64,000 bases of DNA from Octopus vulgaris (Eukaryota). Position 1 is the first letter of the stretch. Each line of letters opens with the position of its first letter. Below the pieces are notes generated by a model. The model ran no database searches. It was not told the origin of the DNA and saw only the letters and a program-made list of their open reading frames with translations. A program made the position numbers and the translations under genes. Of this stretch, positions 1 to 14,982 are shown piece by piece. Where the stretch lies: the NCBI GenBank assembly GCA_951406725.2, contig OX597815.1, positions 80,848,001 to 80,912,000 on the forward strand, written 5' to 3'.

Positions 1-111
1 ATTGAGCACTCTAATCATATTCGTGCAGCAAAAACCAGAACACACAGACACGCAAACACACAGGCACACACACGCACACCTATATATGATATGTGTCTAT
101 GTTTGACACAT

Positions 112-518
112 ACTCTTTACTCTTTTTACTCTTTTACTTGTTTCAATCATTTGACTGTGGCCATGCTGGAGCACCGCCTTTAGTCGAGTAAATCGACCCC
201 GGGACTTATTATTTGTAAGCCCAGTACTTATTTGTCGAACCGCTAAGTGACGGGGACGTAAACACACCAGCATCGGTTGTCAAGCAATGCTAGGAGGACA
301 AACACAAACACACAAACATACACACACATACATATATATATATATATACATATATACGACAGGCTTCTTTCAGTTTCCGTCTACCAAATCCACTCATAAG
401 GCATTGGTCGACCCGAGGCTATAGCAGAAGACAATTGCCCAAGATGCCACGCAGTAGAACTGAACCCGGAACCATGTGGTTGGTAAGCAAGCTACTTACC
501 ACACAGCCACTCCTGCGC
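112..518 (-). mobile_element. tRNA-derived SINE family A
   Basis: Head GCGCAGGAGTGGCTGTGTGGTAAG...GGTTCAGT (A/B boxes), a central (TA)/(TG) microsatellite, and tail GGCGGTGCTCCAGCATGGCC.CAGTCAAATGA.TGAAACAAGTAAAAGAG. Confidence 0.85.
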
Positions 519-589
519 ATATTTATGTACGTAATTGCTTCGAATGAAAGAGGGAAAGAGAAAAATCAAGAAGAGCGTGATATGCGGAG

Positions 590-683
<94 letters not shown>

Positions 684-1048
684 AGTGGTGCGTAATGTAA
701 TACTCCAGAATATGTACTTGATATTTTCACTTATCTTAAGTGAAGGCATTGAAATACCCGATTAAATGCATTGGTTGTAAACCAGGATATATGAAATCAT
801 TAAGCAAATATTCCGCAGTATCTTCAGTATTCCTCTGTACAATCGGGCATCTGATTGGACAATTGAACGTATATCATTCTGAAGATAAGTTTGGATAAGC
901 TCAGAAACGATAGGATCTTGAGGAATTTTGATATGGGCAAATCCAAGTAAACAATATTTGAAGATCATCGACAGCTCCAATAAATAGATAGATAAGGCTA
1001 AAAAGAATATGTAACAAACTTGAATATATCTGTTTACACATACACTAT

Positions 1049-1893
1049 CGTGGTCTGATCAATAAGTGTCCGGACTGTTGCTACAGAAACAAAGTGAAAG
1101 TATGCAAAGTGAAGCCGCTTGACACAGATTGATCTTCAACTCTGTTCGGCATGCGCACTAAGTTTTAACGTTCTAACTTACTTCCGCTGTTTATAGCAGT
1201 GATTGGAGGAGAGGTGTGTAGCGTGTGATCGTCGCATTGACAATGACAGAAAAAAGTTGAGCATTTGTCAAATGCTTGGCGATACCATTTCAGAGGCCTA
1301 CGCAAAGTCTTCAAAACGTTTTCATCGTTCACGACACAATCAAGGAGATTTTGTGCAACTGAAACCCCAATATCATTGTGGTTAGCTGAAAGCAGTTTTG
1401 GTATAAACTTGGCAGACACTCATCTCATACCCAAATCTTCAGTGATTATTGGACTGAACTGAACCGTGACTAATCTGCACATCGTCTGATAACTCACAGA
1501 TACTGATTCCAAGATTTCCCCTCACAGCTGCACGCATATCTGCGATGTTTTCCTCAGTTCTGCTGGTTGCGGGTCTCTGAAAATGTCAGTCAATATCGAC
1601 ATTTTTCCGGCTATCTTTGAAATGTCTAAATCACTCGTACACTTGTGTGCAGCTCATAACTTCCTCTCCGTACACTTTATGCAAATTAACGTAGGCCTCT
1701 GGGCAGGTATCGCCATGACAACTTTCTGTCGTAGTCAATGCAACGATTACACGCTACATACCTTCCTTCCAATTATTACTGTAAACAGCGGAAGTAAACC
1801 AGAACATTACAATTTAGGGCGCATGCACGGCAGAGTTCAAGGTCAATCTTTACCAAGCGGCTTTATTCTGCATGCTTTGGCTTCGTTACTATA

Positions 1894-1897
<4 letters not shown>
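1049..1897. mobile_element. Mariner-type remnants: two 5' ends facing each other (plus about 1049-1300, minus about 1300-1897)
   Basis: Terminus CGTGGTCTGATCAATAAGT.TCCGGACT. 1080-1260 is inverted relative to 1720-1897. The minus-strand transposase remnant reads SAKFIPKLLS...VSVAQNLL...NDENVLK. Confidence 0.7.
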
Positions 1898-1969
<72 letters not shown>

Positions 1970-2653
1970 GTGATTATGTATGTAAGTAAGGACAGACCAC
2001 ATACGTCTGTGTGTGTCTTTTTTGCTGTACGGCCTGTTCAAGTTGGAGCTTCCTCTTTGTGTTCTCTTGGGGACAAGCTCTGCATTTTTTCCTCTCTGCT
2101 TCCTACCTATCTTTCTCCTGTGTCTCCAAGAAGCTGTAACATACGCAGTGACCACACTCCGACAAATCATTTTCGCAGGTTGAGTAAATTAGATGAATGC
2201 TCTTAAATACCTCGACTGTTAACCTATGTCTATTCTACCATGGTAAGAACAGACATGGGTAGACTCAATGGAATATAAGACTAATGTGTTGAGCGGTCAA
2301 AAAAGTAGTCTCAGCAAAGCATTACAAAATGCAACGAAACACCTTGTATGGCCTGGTCTTCCATTCATCAAGATTTATCGTCAACCATCAAAACTTCTGA
2401 ATCAAGGTAGGTCAGAATGAGAGAGCAACCGAAACGCATACTTCTCTTTCTCCCTCTCTCTCTCATTTAAATTTAATTTATACTTGCGTCATATCATCAC
2501 AAACCTGCAAAATCCCAAGGTTTGTAGCGATGGGGTGCGACTAAGTTAGATGTTAGGACGAATCAGAAGTTACAGTCACTAATATGGTGGTTCTTCAGTG
2601 ATAATGAGCAACTGAGCATACCTTTCTAGGACTCCACTTCTCATCCTCTAGGT

Positions 2654-2861
2654 CAGTGCTTTTGAACCTTCTTGCTGGAACGGAACCCCAAGGAAACATT
2701 CCACTGGTTTGAGGAACCGCTGTGCAATATCTGCACAGGAGAATTAAACAGGAGAATTAAAAATTACTGCCGATTTTAGCAGTTTTGTAACTTCTTGCGG
2801 AACCCCTAGACTGCACTGGCGGAACTCTAAGGTTCCGCGGAACCCTGGTTGAAAACCACTG
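2654..2861. mobile_element. hAT (Charlie-like) MITE
   Basis: TIRs CAGTG.TTTT.AACC / GGTTGAAAACCACTG with a perfect 8-bp TSD CTCTAGGT (2646-2653, 2862-2869). Confidence 0.9.
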
Positions 2862-4016
2862 CTCTAGGTCAAGCAAAGAAAGGGGGAAAGTATGAAATGT
2901 TTGCGTTAACAGTTCGTAAAAGTAAAGTAAGAATAAGAACAATAACTCTCATGAAACCTTGTGGATAGTCTTAGGCAGTACCAAACAGAGTGTTAGAAGG
3001 GAACAGTTTTAGATGTCAGAGAGATTTCCAGTATCGGTATGCAGTTTTCTCAAGCCTAGCGTTTAGACAGTTAGTTACATAAACGAATATCCCAGTAGTG
3101 TGTCAGCATAAGTTGTTTTTTTTTTCTTTTAGCTTTAACAGTAAGTTGTATGCTGGACAGCTGTTTTTACTACTGTGCACACTTTTCTCATTTTATCTGG
3201 GTTTTACCCACATTGTAGAAATGTTTCGAAAGTAACATCTCACCAGTATTATTTTATATCAGCGAATATTCCTTCAAAATAATTAACTTTATTTTGTTCG
3301 TCGGAACTATTCTTTGTACTCATTGCAATGTACAGTGTCTTGGCCAAACATTATACCTTATAAGTAGATTCACCACGACACTTTTTCTGTTAGATAGCAA
3401 CATTGTAGAATTAATTTCACAGATTTTTTTGCATATTCATCTGTTTAGTTGTATTTACCTGCATTTCTATCCCTTTTCTCCATCAGATATGTTGCTGTTA
3501 TTTCATGATTCTGGATTGCTAAGGCATATCTTTTTAAGTAAAAGCATTCTGATAACTTAACCAGGCAAAAATTTCTTCTCATTCGCAGAAAGTATTTCAC
3601 CTAACGTTCAGTTGCATTACAGCTAAGTAACTTCTTTAGATGTGCTTCTTTGGACTTTGGGAATACTTCCAGAGTTCTTTTCCAATTCTGGCTATACTGT
3701 TCACTACGTGTATGCAAAGATGGATAAACTTCAACACTTTGTGGTTTGGATGATGTCAAAAACAATCAATGCAATATTCAAACAGTGTTTGAAGCGATGT
3801 CAAGTATCTTCCTTCTTGTTTTCGCTTTATATAGAAACAGTCAATATTTCTATTCACGTGAAAATTTGTAGTGGTAGTTTAGTAACTTTCACATTTGAAC
3901 ACAAATAACCTGGGTCCCATCTATAGCCCCACGGAGTTGCATAAGTTTTGGTATTAATATTTGTACAGCATAAATTCTGTGGGCTACTGATTTATTGAAC
4001 ACTAATAATAATGATG

Positions 4017-4076
<60 letters not shown>

Positions 4077-4079
4077 GTA

Positions 4080-4136
<57 letters not shown>

Positions 4137-4137
4137 G

Positions 4138-4805
4138 TTGCAAATTGTGCCAGAAGGGCAGCAATTTTGGGGGAGGGGATAGTCGATTATATCGACCCCA
4201 GTGCGTAACTGGTACTTATTTAATCGACCCGGAAAGGATGAAAGGCAAAGTCGACCTCGGCGGAATTTGAACTCAGAACGTAGCGGCAGACGAATTACTT
4301 ATTTCTTTACTACCCACAAGGGGCTAAACACAGAAGGGACAAACAAGGACAGACAAACGGATTAAGTCGATTATATAAGCATTTCGCCCGGCGTGCTAAC
4401 GATTCTGCCAGCTCGACACCTTGTCTAATTATAATAATAATAATAATACTTTCCGCTATTGGCATAAAACCTGAAAGTGGGGGGAGGGGGACAGTCGATT
4501 ATATCGACATCAGTACTCAAATGGTACCTCTTTTATCGACCCTGAAAGGATGAAAAGCAAAATCGACCTCAGCGGAATTTGAACTCAGAACGTAACGGCA
4601 GACGAAATACCTATTTCTTTACTACCCACAAGGGACTAAACACAGAGAGGAAAAACAAGGACAGACAAACGGATTAAGTCGATTATATCGACCCCAAAAG
4701 GATGAAAGGCAAAGTCGACCTCGGCGGAATTTGAACTCAGAACGTAGCGGCAGACGAAATACCTCTAAGCATTTTGCCCAGCGTGCTAACGATTCTGCCA
4801 GCTCA
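4138..4805 (-). mobile_element. Nested/tandem cluster of tRNA-derived SINE family B
   Basis: Head GAGCTGGCAGAATCGTTAGCACG...GAGTTCAAATTCC; the core GGTCGACTTTGCCTTTCATCCTTTCGGGGTCGAT occurs 3 times. Confidence 0.85.
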
Positions 4806-5230
4806 TAGTACGATAGGCCTTATCTATCGAGATTTCCTAAGAAAACTCTTTTCTCCCCCTTGCCACTGTGGTCGCTACATCATTTATACAATGTGTAAAA
4901 TATTCCATCAACATTCTCCAAATGATTCCGGTATCCAGTTCATAAGTCATCTTAGCCTAGGTCCCAAGCCAAAGATGCCCTACAAAAATCGAGCTCAAAT
5001 TTTCATAACTTTGCGACACAACGTTTTTATCACAACTGGTCCCGCTTTGTTCAGCATTATCCTAAAAACAAAAAAACATTTAAACATAATATTCGAATGG
5101 TACCCGGTGAAGTTTCTTCCAAGAAATATTTAACAACCCACGCGGACACCCGGATATATTTCAGTAAAGAAACAACCCGCTGCTCGAGTGATCTATGAGT
5201 CCCAAAGCATGACTTAAGACATTACTCCAG
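4806..5230 (+). mobile_element. Decayed CR1-group LINE C-terminal fragment
   Basis: RYIIYTMCKI...PND.GI...FITTGPALFSII parallels the 19543-20144 fragment. Confidence 0.5.
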
Positions 5231-5543
5231 GGTCTGATCTGAGAGAAATCTGACAGTTACACCTAGCAGAACGAGAGTCTGCTCATAGGTTTTTTTCATC
5301 GTTGGTCATTTGCGGTAGACATGACTTACTCCAGGTATTGTAATCAGGTCATTTTTTTAACAAGCTTCCTGTATTTTTCTCTTTTATCCCGGATATATTC
5401 ACCATTCATCTGCTTAATGCAATGAAAGTACTGATCCTTATAGAGGCATCTACATTATTTTAAAGATCAGTCAAGTATATAAACGATAAAATGTCAGGAA
5501 GTATGAGAAGTGAATATATTTAGTAAACCACTTGCTATCCTTA

Positions 5544-5707
5544 GGATTACGGCCGTTTCGCAGCTTTCTTGATATAATAATAATTTCGTTCTATTTATAA
5601 TAAATTATGTTTACATATCTGCACTAATATATATGTTATACATTATACAAGAAAATTGTATGTTCACAAATCAATGTAGATTAAGAAAACTAGCTCATCA
5701 GATAACC
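5544..5707 (-). ncRNA. Hammerhead-like motif with a stem II arm of about 135 nt
   Basis: The minus strand reads GGTTAT-CTGATGA-GC(T)AGTTTTCTT...AAGAAAGCTGC-GAAA-CGGCCG-TA-ATCC. Confidence 0.55.
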
Positions 5708-5811
5708 ATCACATCCTTGTTAAACCAACAATTGTGTGCGTGCGTCTGTGTGTGTGTGTGTGCGTGCGTGTGTGTGTGTGTGTGCGTGTGATATGTATAC
5801 AAATGTATATA

Positions 5812-6203
5812 TTCTTTTATTCTTTTACTTGTTTCAGTCACTTACCTGCGGCCATGCGGGAGTACAGCCTTTAGTCGAACAAATCGATCCCAGGACTTAT
5901 TCTTTGTAGTACTTACTCTATCTAGTACTTATTCTATCGTTTCTTTGCCGAGCTGCTAAGTTATGGGAACGTAAAGACACCAACATCTGTTGTCAAGCGA
6001 TGGTCGGGGACAAACACAGACACACATATATATATATAAATACATATATTCAACTTACGATAAAAGTAAACAAACATAGTTTGCTTTAGAAGCGTTGAGA
6101 TGTATTGAAAGATATAGAAATAATTTATTCTCAAACGCATGATAAGGCTAATGCAATAGCATGAACAGGATAAACTATCCATATATTGCAGAAAAATTCG
6201 TTA

Positions 6204-6253
<50 letters not shown>

Positions 6254-6376
6254 GACGGGCTTCTTTCAGTTTCCGTCTACCAAATCCACTCACTAGGCTT
6301 TGATCGGCCCAAGGTTCCACACAGTGGGACTGAATCCGGGACCATGTGGTTGGGAAGCAAACTTCATACCACACAG
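5812..6376 (-). mobile_element. SINE family A, interrupted in its central microsatellite
   Basis: Both halves match 112-518, with about 170 bp of extra sequence between them. Confidence 0.8.
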
Positions 6377-7049
6377 TTGAAATTGACAGATAATCGTTTC
6401 GTTTATTGTTATGGCTACTCATGAGTAAAGCAAACCCGACTTTTTCCTGATTATATTTACAGTATTCTAGTCGTGGCATAACCTTCTCTCTTTTGGCAGC
6501 ATATTTTCCTATGATATAATACACCATTTGGAGTCTTAGCTATCAAAATATATTATGAGCTATTCCTCCTCGAAGACTCGTAAAAAGAAATCATTGTACA
6601 AATTTGTACCTGACAACGATGACAGTCAAGCTTACGATAAGAAAGAAACTACCGTCATTTTTTAACCACCTTCCTGTATTTTTCCTTTATATTCAGCTGT
6701 CAGTTTTTTTATGTAAATACACAAACTTACTAATATGAGAAATGTAAAATTTAAATAATTTGCTATGTAAACGGTTGAAATATCATGTTCACCCCCCGGC
6801 TAACTAAAAGTTCACAGCAAATACATATTTTTATAGTATAAGGTCAAGTAGATAGATGAGAAAGATTGATAGAAATATACATTTGATGAATTAAAAATAT
6901 ATTAAAAGGCAACCGTCTACGACGTAGAAAACTATTGAATTTGAAGCATGGAGATACAGAGGTAGAAAAATGAAAAATAGTATATAAACTAAATTTGTTT
7001 ACATATTTATGTATGAGCATACACACACACACACACATATATATGTGTG

Positions 7050-7090
<41 letters not shown>

Positions 7091-7097
7091 AACACAC

Positions 7098-7164
<67 letters not shown>

Positions 7165-7712
7165 TAGGCGGAGACAATAACTTAGTATGCATTTTTTTAT
7201 ATATATACATACATACATGTATATATATATAAACACATACACCCAAGAACATACACGGACGCATATATATTTATGCACATGTGTGCTGTGTATGCGTGTA
7301 TGCCAGTGTATTTGGGTGTGTAATTTAAAAAAAAAATATTCGTGCCTACACTATAACCTATCCAAGTATAATGGCTATTTTGAGTGCATTTCCGGATATA
7401 AGTACACCCAACACATAAGTTCCGTCTTTGTGACTAGGGGGTCAGTGTGCTTATGCGTACCTATGTTTGTACTGGCACTGACTTGTGGCCAGAGTACTTT
7501 TGTAACAACATCAATACTAAAGGGTAAAACGCCTTTCCAATTAGGAACGTTGGTGGGAAGGTAACCTCCTGCCCCGAGAGTTGCGCTACTGTCAATCCAG
7601 GGGATAAACTAAACATTTGGAACTGACATACATTGATTCAGACGTACATACATACACACACATATACAAATACATAAACACACGCACGCACGCACTCACA
7701 CACACATTCGTG

Positions 7713-7793
<81 letters not shown>

Positions 7794-7901
7794 GTATGTA
7801 TTTATGCATATTTATGCGTGTGTGTGTTTGTGTATCTGTCAGTTTATGAACGTACATTTTGGTAGCTAGATACACAGACATACAGACATGTATATATGTA
7901 A

Positions 7902-7940
<39 letters not shown>

Positions 7941-7967
7941 GAGAGAGAGAGAGAGAGACAAACTGAC

Positions 7968-8059
<92 letters not shown>

Positions 8060-8497
8060 TATTTGGCAATATTTGCTTACATCCCTACATGAAACCTGGC
8101 TTTTGCATAAAAACATATGTACTTCGCTAGAAAATATTACAACATCTGCCAAAGTCCTTAGCCGAACACTCTCGCTAGTCACAGGGCAGTGGTGTTTTAA
8201 CCTGCCGACTGGAAGGGCCGCGAACTTGTCACTGTAATAAATCTGAATGCCTGCCAGAAATTTCTCCAGTTTCGTTTCAAAAATATTTTAATAACTCCAT
8301 GTTGATTTATTTGGACTAGCCATATGGCGAGCGAAGGTGGGTAGTTGAGTTAAATGAAATATCGAAAACTTGAAGTTGTTTCTAGAAATTAAGAAATATA
8401 TGAAACAAAATGGGTTCAACTGGGAGCCGAAACTGATTCGTCAAAGGTTATTTCTTACCATCTGTATATATACATACATACATATATATATATATAT

Positions 8498-8555
<58 letters not shown>

Positions 8556-8598
8556 GTATGTATGTATATATATATACATATATATATATATATGTATA

Positions 8599-8660
<62 letters not shown>

Positions 8661-8757
8661 TACATAGAAACATGCACAGAAACACAAACACATACATATA
8701 AAGTACTATAATCTATATGTATATATATATATGCATAAATGTACACACACATGACAC

Positions 8758-8848
<91 letters not shown>

Positions 8849-10009
8849 TGTGCTTTCTCGCATACGAGCAAAGCCATTGCTAGAAAGAATCATTGATACA
8901 AGTCATTGATGATGCGATGTGAGGCTCTTGTATGACTCTTGAACCTGGCCATAGATTTGCGCATTCTATTACACAATGCACAGCTGTGATGGTTAGCATG
9001 GGGAACAGGGGCTACAGTATGAAGTCTTTTGAGATGTTTTTTTCTTTTTATATATGAAATATATATTCTTTTTACCTGGAGAAGAGATAGCCTTAAGAAT
9101 CAAGATTTCTCCAAATTTGATGTGCCATTAAGTTAAAAGACAGCCTTATTCTTTGAAGATAGAAAACAGTTATGGATGCGAGTTTCTACCTCAATAAGTA
9201 TGATCAGCGCGGCAAGTGTCTGAACATATCTAAGAGACATAGCGAATATACAATAAGAAAACAAACACATGTATGAATTAAGTAATTTGCATAAATTAAA
9301 CACAAACGAACTCAGTGAAATAACTTAGCATGGCCAGTGACTTGTATGGACAGCATAAGAAAAATAACACTTAGTTATTTATAATAGCATACAACGTTAA
9401 TTCTTGATTTTTTAACACTATCTTTTTTTCCTAGGAAGATATGTCACAATTGCATAATGATACTTGAGAATAGTTTCATATGACAAATGCGAAATACTCA
9501 AGAATCAAGAATTCTCCAAAGCTGACATGTTTAATGAACTGTTCATGGCAATCCATTTAAATTCAGTTGCTGATGTCGTGTAAAAATTTTAAAAAATAAC
9601 CCAAACATTTGATTTCTCATTTTAGAGAGATAAAGTATATAATATGGTAATCCCATTAGTAAGCCTTGTACGTTTATTGTCATCCTGAAAGTGATGAATG
9701 TGAATGAAAACCCCACATTGTTGAGAGTAAATATATACAACCAGATATGTTTAATCTCTTAATTATAATCTGCAACTTACTTTAAAATATGACTTCCAAA
9801 ACTGACATAAAGTCATAGATAAGAGCAGCGTGTGTGATCGACTTGTACAATCAACCCCGATGAATATTTAACGACATATCTGGCACTCTAACGGGATGAC
9901 CTCTGCTATGATATATCGCTTTATGTTCAACTGTTAAAAACGAATAGTAATGATACAGGTAATGCAATACACCACAGGTGTCTATATGTGAGTGAATGAG
10001 TGTGCCTAA

Positions 10010-10063
<54 letters not shown>

Positions 10064-10070
10064 ATGTGTG

Positions 10071-10121
<51 letters not shown>

Positions 10122-10214
10122 ATATATATATACATATACGTACATGAGTATGTATTTATGTATATATATATGTATAAGTATGTATTTATGTATATGTATG
10201 TATATGTATTTATG

Positions 10215-10249
<35 letters not shown>

Positions 10250-10268
10250 ATATGTATAAGTATGTATT

Positions 10269-10332
<64 letters not shown>

Positions 10333-10335
<3 letters not shown>

Positions 10336-10663
10336 ACCCCCTTCGGTCATGAATGACCATGGGATTGCACCTAGAAAGTTACCCTCCTAGACACAAGTCC
10401 GGGCAAGGTTGTTTATGGAAGACCAGCAGTCGCCCATGCATACCAGCCTCCCCTCTCCACGCCACCAGTGTTATCCAAGGGAAAGACAAAGGTCGATACA
10501 GCTTGGCACCAGTGACGTCGCAACTCATTTCTACAGCTAAGTGAACTGGAGCAACGTGAAATAAAGTGCCTTGCTCGAGAACACAACACGCAGCCCGGTC
10601 CGGGATTCGAGCTCACAACCTCACGATCGTAAGCTCGACGCTCTAACCACTGAGCCATGCGCC

Positions 10664-10667
<4 letters not shown>
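10333..10667 (-). mobile_element. tRNA-derived SINE family C, inserted in (TA)n
   Basis: Head GAAGGCGCATGGCTCAGTGGTTAGAGCG...GCTCGAATCCCGG, followed by a CORE-like TTGTGTTCTCGAGCAAGGCACTTT segment. Confidence 0.85.
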
Positions 10668-10699
<32 letters not shown>

Positions 10700-10700
<1 letters not shown>

Positions 10701-11496
10701 GTCATTGCTGCATTTTTTGCTAACTCTGTATAATCTTTGTTTCAGAAAATAATAATGCCAGATACACAGCTTACTCAAGAAATGAAAAGGCATGCTGTTA
10801 TTTTGGTTATAAAAGCTGAGCATCACCATTTAGAAATATTACGATTTTAAAAGTTGCCAGATCTTTTTACTACAAAGTTTGAAAGGAGCTACAGACTGAA
10901 GACAGAAACGTATCACCGGTATCAAAGCATAAAAAGCATTCTTAACACTCCGAAATCATCAGAACACCTGAATTTATCCAGGAAGTTCAACAGACCATTG
11001 ATTACAATCCCAGAAAGCCCATGAGGCCAATTGCAAAAGATCTCCATCTGTCAGAAGGAACAGTCAGAAATGTTGTCCACGAAGATATCAGATATAAGTC
11101 TTATATGATGAGGAAAGGTTAATTTGTCAGAAAAAGCAAAAGAAAATCACGGCATCAGATCTAAACGGTTCTTAAACAAACTGAAAAAACCTGCAGAATA
11201 TTTAATTTGGTTTTTCTCAAACGAGAAAAACTTCGACCCAGATCAAAAAGTTAACAAGAGAAATGACAGATGGTTATGTGCAGACCCTGCTGAAGTTTCA
11301 AGTGTTATGCATACGAAATTTCCTGCAACTATCCTGGTTTTAGGGGCTGCCAGCAATGAAGGACATGTGATGCCTCCGTACTTCTTTCCACAACGTCTTA
11401 GTGTTAACTCTGTCGCTTACATTGAGGTCCTGGAAACAATCAAGCCCAGGATAGACAGTGTATGCAATGGAAGGCCATAAGTGTTTCAGTAAGAGT

Positions 11497-11498
<2 letters not shown>
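10700..11498 (+). mobile_element. IS630-Tc1-mariner transposase fragment (probably DD37D/maT-like), pseudogenised
   Basis: WFFSNEKNF...NKRNDRW...TKFPATILVLG...MPPYFF...YIEVLE...GRP*VFQ, with upstream HTH remnants containing stops. Confidence 0.75.
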
Positions 11499-11553
<55 letters not shown>

Positions 11554-11806
11554 CATACATACATACATCTGTGCGTGTATGTATATGTGTATGTACAACA
11601 CATATATGTAACTTAAATATCTTTCTATGGTTCTACTTATCTTGTATGCGATTCAATATACACTTATTCGTCTTTGATGTTCAAAAACATTACAATCTTA
11701 GCACACTTTCGTTTTACTTACGCTTTACTGCCGTGGTCACAAATGTGTTCTGCTAATTTTTGTATATGGTTATGCGTTTCTTTACTGAAAATAATGTAAG
11801 ACAATT

Positions 11807-11850
11807 GCCGTACTGATGATGTCTACTGTAGCGAAACAGGTATTTACAGC
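11807..11850 (+). ncRNA. Candidate hammerhead motif
   Basis: GCCGTA-CTGATGA-TG(T)CTA[CTG]TAGC-GAAA-C[AG]G-TA-TTTACAGC. Both core motifs are intact but the stems are imperfect. Confidence 0.4.
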
Positions 11851-12028
11851 CGCTATCTTTTTCTTCGGGCGAAGAAAAGGCCGCTTTCTTAATGTTATGA
11901 CCAATGTAGAGAATTCTTGGTGCATGAGTCTCTATCATCCCTTCTTGCTGGGACTTGGTACCGATCCCTTATAAGTAAAAATTTGTCTACTTTCTCTAGA
12001 AGCGGAGATAATCTCAATAAATCATGAA

Positions 12029-12488
<460 letters not shown>

Positions 12489-13749
12489 GGTTATAGATAA
12501 TTCAGTTGATTGATTAAATGATCTACCTTCTCATTGAATTACCATTTAGGTGGCCGAGCTTCAACAAGAATCGAATACGAAGCACAACGGAGATCAACAA
12601 GATGCTGACAAAAAAATTAAAACGGTACGATTGGAACGAGCGCCTCTGACTATGGCGCCGCTTCAGCAGGATTTGGGTAGAGCTAAGCCTAGACATCATC
12701 AATATGGATTATCAAAAGCAAAAACAACAACAACTGCTACTACTGCAAAAGAAGATAAAGTAGGGATAACAAACAGAAAATGAACGGGATCCACCGTTGC
12801 TGCGACACGATCACCTATTAATTAAGTTCGAATTACGAATTATAAGTAGGTACAAGATAAGTCTTATACTCACACTACCACGACGACAACGACGACAACA
12901 ACAATAGCAACAACAAGTACAACAATAGAAGCAACTACAATAAATCGTCATTCAAATATAGATAATAGCGAAAATAAAGATAAAAATCCAATAAACAGTT
13001 TTCAAAAAAAGATTAGGCCGCTTGATGATTCAACTTAGTAACAGAATGGATAATCCTCTACCGAAGTACCTGGGATAATTTCGAAAGGTGTCATTTGTCT
13101 TTTGGTGGGGGGAAACATTCCAAAATAAATAGATCAGATATAATAAAGGGTTTATACGTGAGTGTGTGTGAGTGTGTGTCATAAAACTGTCACTGTCCGC
13201 TCGACCAGCCACTCCAGACACACACACATACACACACACACACGTAGCATAGATGCATATGTGTATGCATGCGTGTAGTCTAAGGTGGGGGGCATATAAT
13301 ACACTGATATATTATGTATCATATCTTTACAACAAAGTTATGTTGATTTATGAAGCCGTTTTCTCTTTCTTTTGCTTTTTCTCTGTTTCTTTCTCTGTAT
13401 GTGTCTTTATGTGTGTGTGTATCTGCGTGTGTGTGTGTGCATTAGTATATGTGAACTCAGATATTTATGTATATATGTGCTGTGTATGCTTATTCCAACT
13501 CGTACTCATTTCATATGCATAAAAAATAGTTACGACTAACCGAATAAAGGACCCACTGTAAGTGAAAGTCTACTATTATAGAATGAGATTATTAATAGTA
13601 ATTTCGAAGTTTCATTCTGTGTTTGTGGTGTATTCAGATTGCCAAATTTAAAAACCACAAACTTTAGCAATAAAATTATACATACATACATACATACATA
13701 CATACATACATACATACATACATACATACATACATACATACATACATAC

Positions 13750-14127
13750 TCATTGCCTAAATACCAACCATGAGAAATTAGGCTTCTCAAAGCCAGAAAA
13801 AGAAAGCTGATTAGAAGACTACAGATCCGATCCATCACTGGAACTGTAAAAATCTGAAAAACTTCCCTGCAGTTTATCATTTAAGTATATATGAGCATGT
13901 CTAGATATGCAACTACATGCATGAGAAGATATACATAAAACGGAACATACAAATTTGCACATATACATACAAAAATACCCTGTTGATGTTGTTGAAATTC
14001 CAATAAAGGAGCCTGGGATCTAGGTTAGAAATCGACTGTTTCTCTATTGGCAAGAAATCTTGAAATAAAGCTGAATAATGACATACATACATACATACAT
14101 ACATACATACATACATACATACATACA

Positions 14128-14158
<31 letters not shown>

Positions 14159-14460
14159 TTCTCTGAAAAACAAAGAAAAAGAGGATATCTATGGACAACT
14201 GCTTCAAAACCTCCAGCTTCTATATCCAGACTATTAATTCATATTCATACAAATAATAATTGGAGCACTAGGTTTTGTTAGTGAATGTATAAAGGAGCAT
14301 TTGGATAAACTGGGATTTTCAGAAAGAGAAATCGACTGGCTAATTCGTACATTACAAGTGCAATCTGTGAGTGGAAGAGTAAAAATATGCATGATTTTTC
14401 TCAAGTTCCAAATGTGAATTTATCTGTCAGATTTCTAATTATCAAGAAATAGAAGAGACA
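13750..14460 (+). mobile_element. Two tandem 3' fragments of RLE-type (R4-like) LINEs, each embedded in (CATA)n
   Basis: 13750-14080 reads EKLGFSK...LIRRLQIRSITGTVKI. 14157-14460 reads KEKEDIYGQLLQNLQLLYPDY*FIFIQIIIGALG...LDKLGFS...LQVQSVSGRVKIC. (CATA)n lies at 13680-13748, 14081-14155 and about 14459. Confidence 0.65.
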
Positions 14461-14679
14461 TACATACAGACAGACAAAAACATACATGCACAACATATAT
14501 ACGTGTGTGTGTGTATATGCATGCATGCACGCATGTATGTATATGCTTAAGTTTGGTAAGGTTCGGCAACTAGGTTTAAACTGTCTGACCTCTCCAAACC
14601 TTTATACGAAATAACAAGTCAGTACAGTTGAAATATGTCAAAAACATATTTTAACTAATCGTAATATACATATATATAT

Positions 14680-14982
14680 CACCGTAACCGACCAGGCTAT
14701 CAGATGTTGCTACACATCGCTGGTCACAATGCGCTTCGCATTGTTTTAGCCTTCAAATGACGCCACCCTCCTGGCTAGGCGAGCAGGCCAACAGAAGAAA
14801 GAGTGAGAGAAAGTTTTAGCGAAAGAGTACAGCAGGGACCGCCACCACACCCTGCCGGAGACTCGTGGAGCTTTAGGTGTTTTCGCTCAATAAACACTCA
14901 CAAAACCCGGTCTGGGAAACGAAACCGCGATCCTACGACCGCGAGTCCGCTGCCCTAACCACTGGGCCATTGCGCCTCCACA
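14680..14982 (-). mobile_element. tRNA(Arg-like)-derived SINE family D, tail type 1
   Basis: Head GGAGGCGCAATGGCCCAGTGGTTAGGGCAGCGGACTCGCGGTC... Confidence 0.85.

Noticed and set aside
3100-3990. Possible very old PLE RT remnant on the minus strand (MQLRGAIDGT); similar hint at about 8900-9740 (QGLLMG)
   Set aside because: Only isolated motif-like words are visible; too decayed to support without a profile search.
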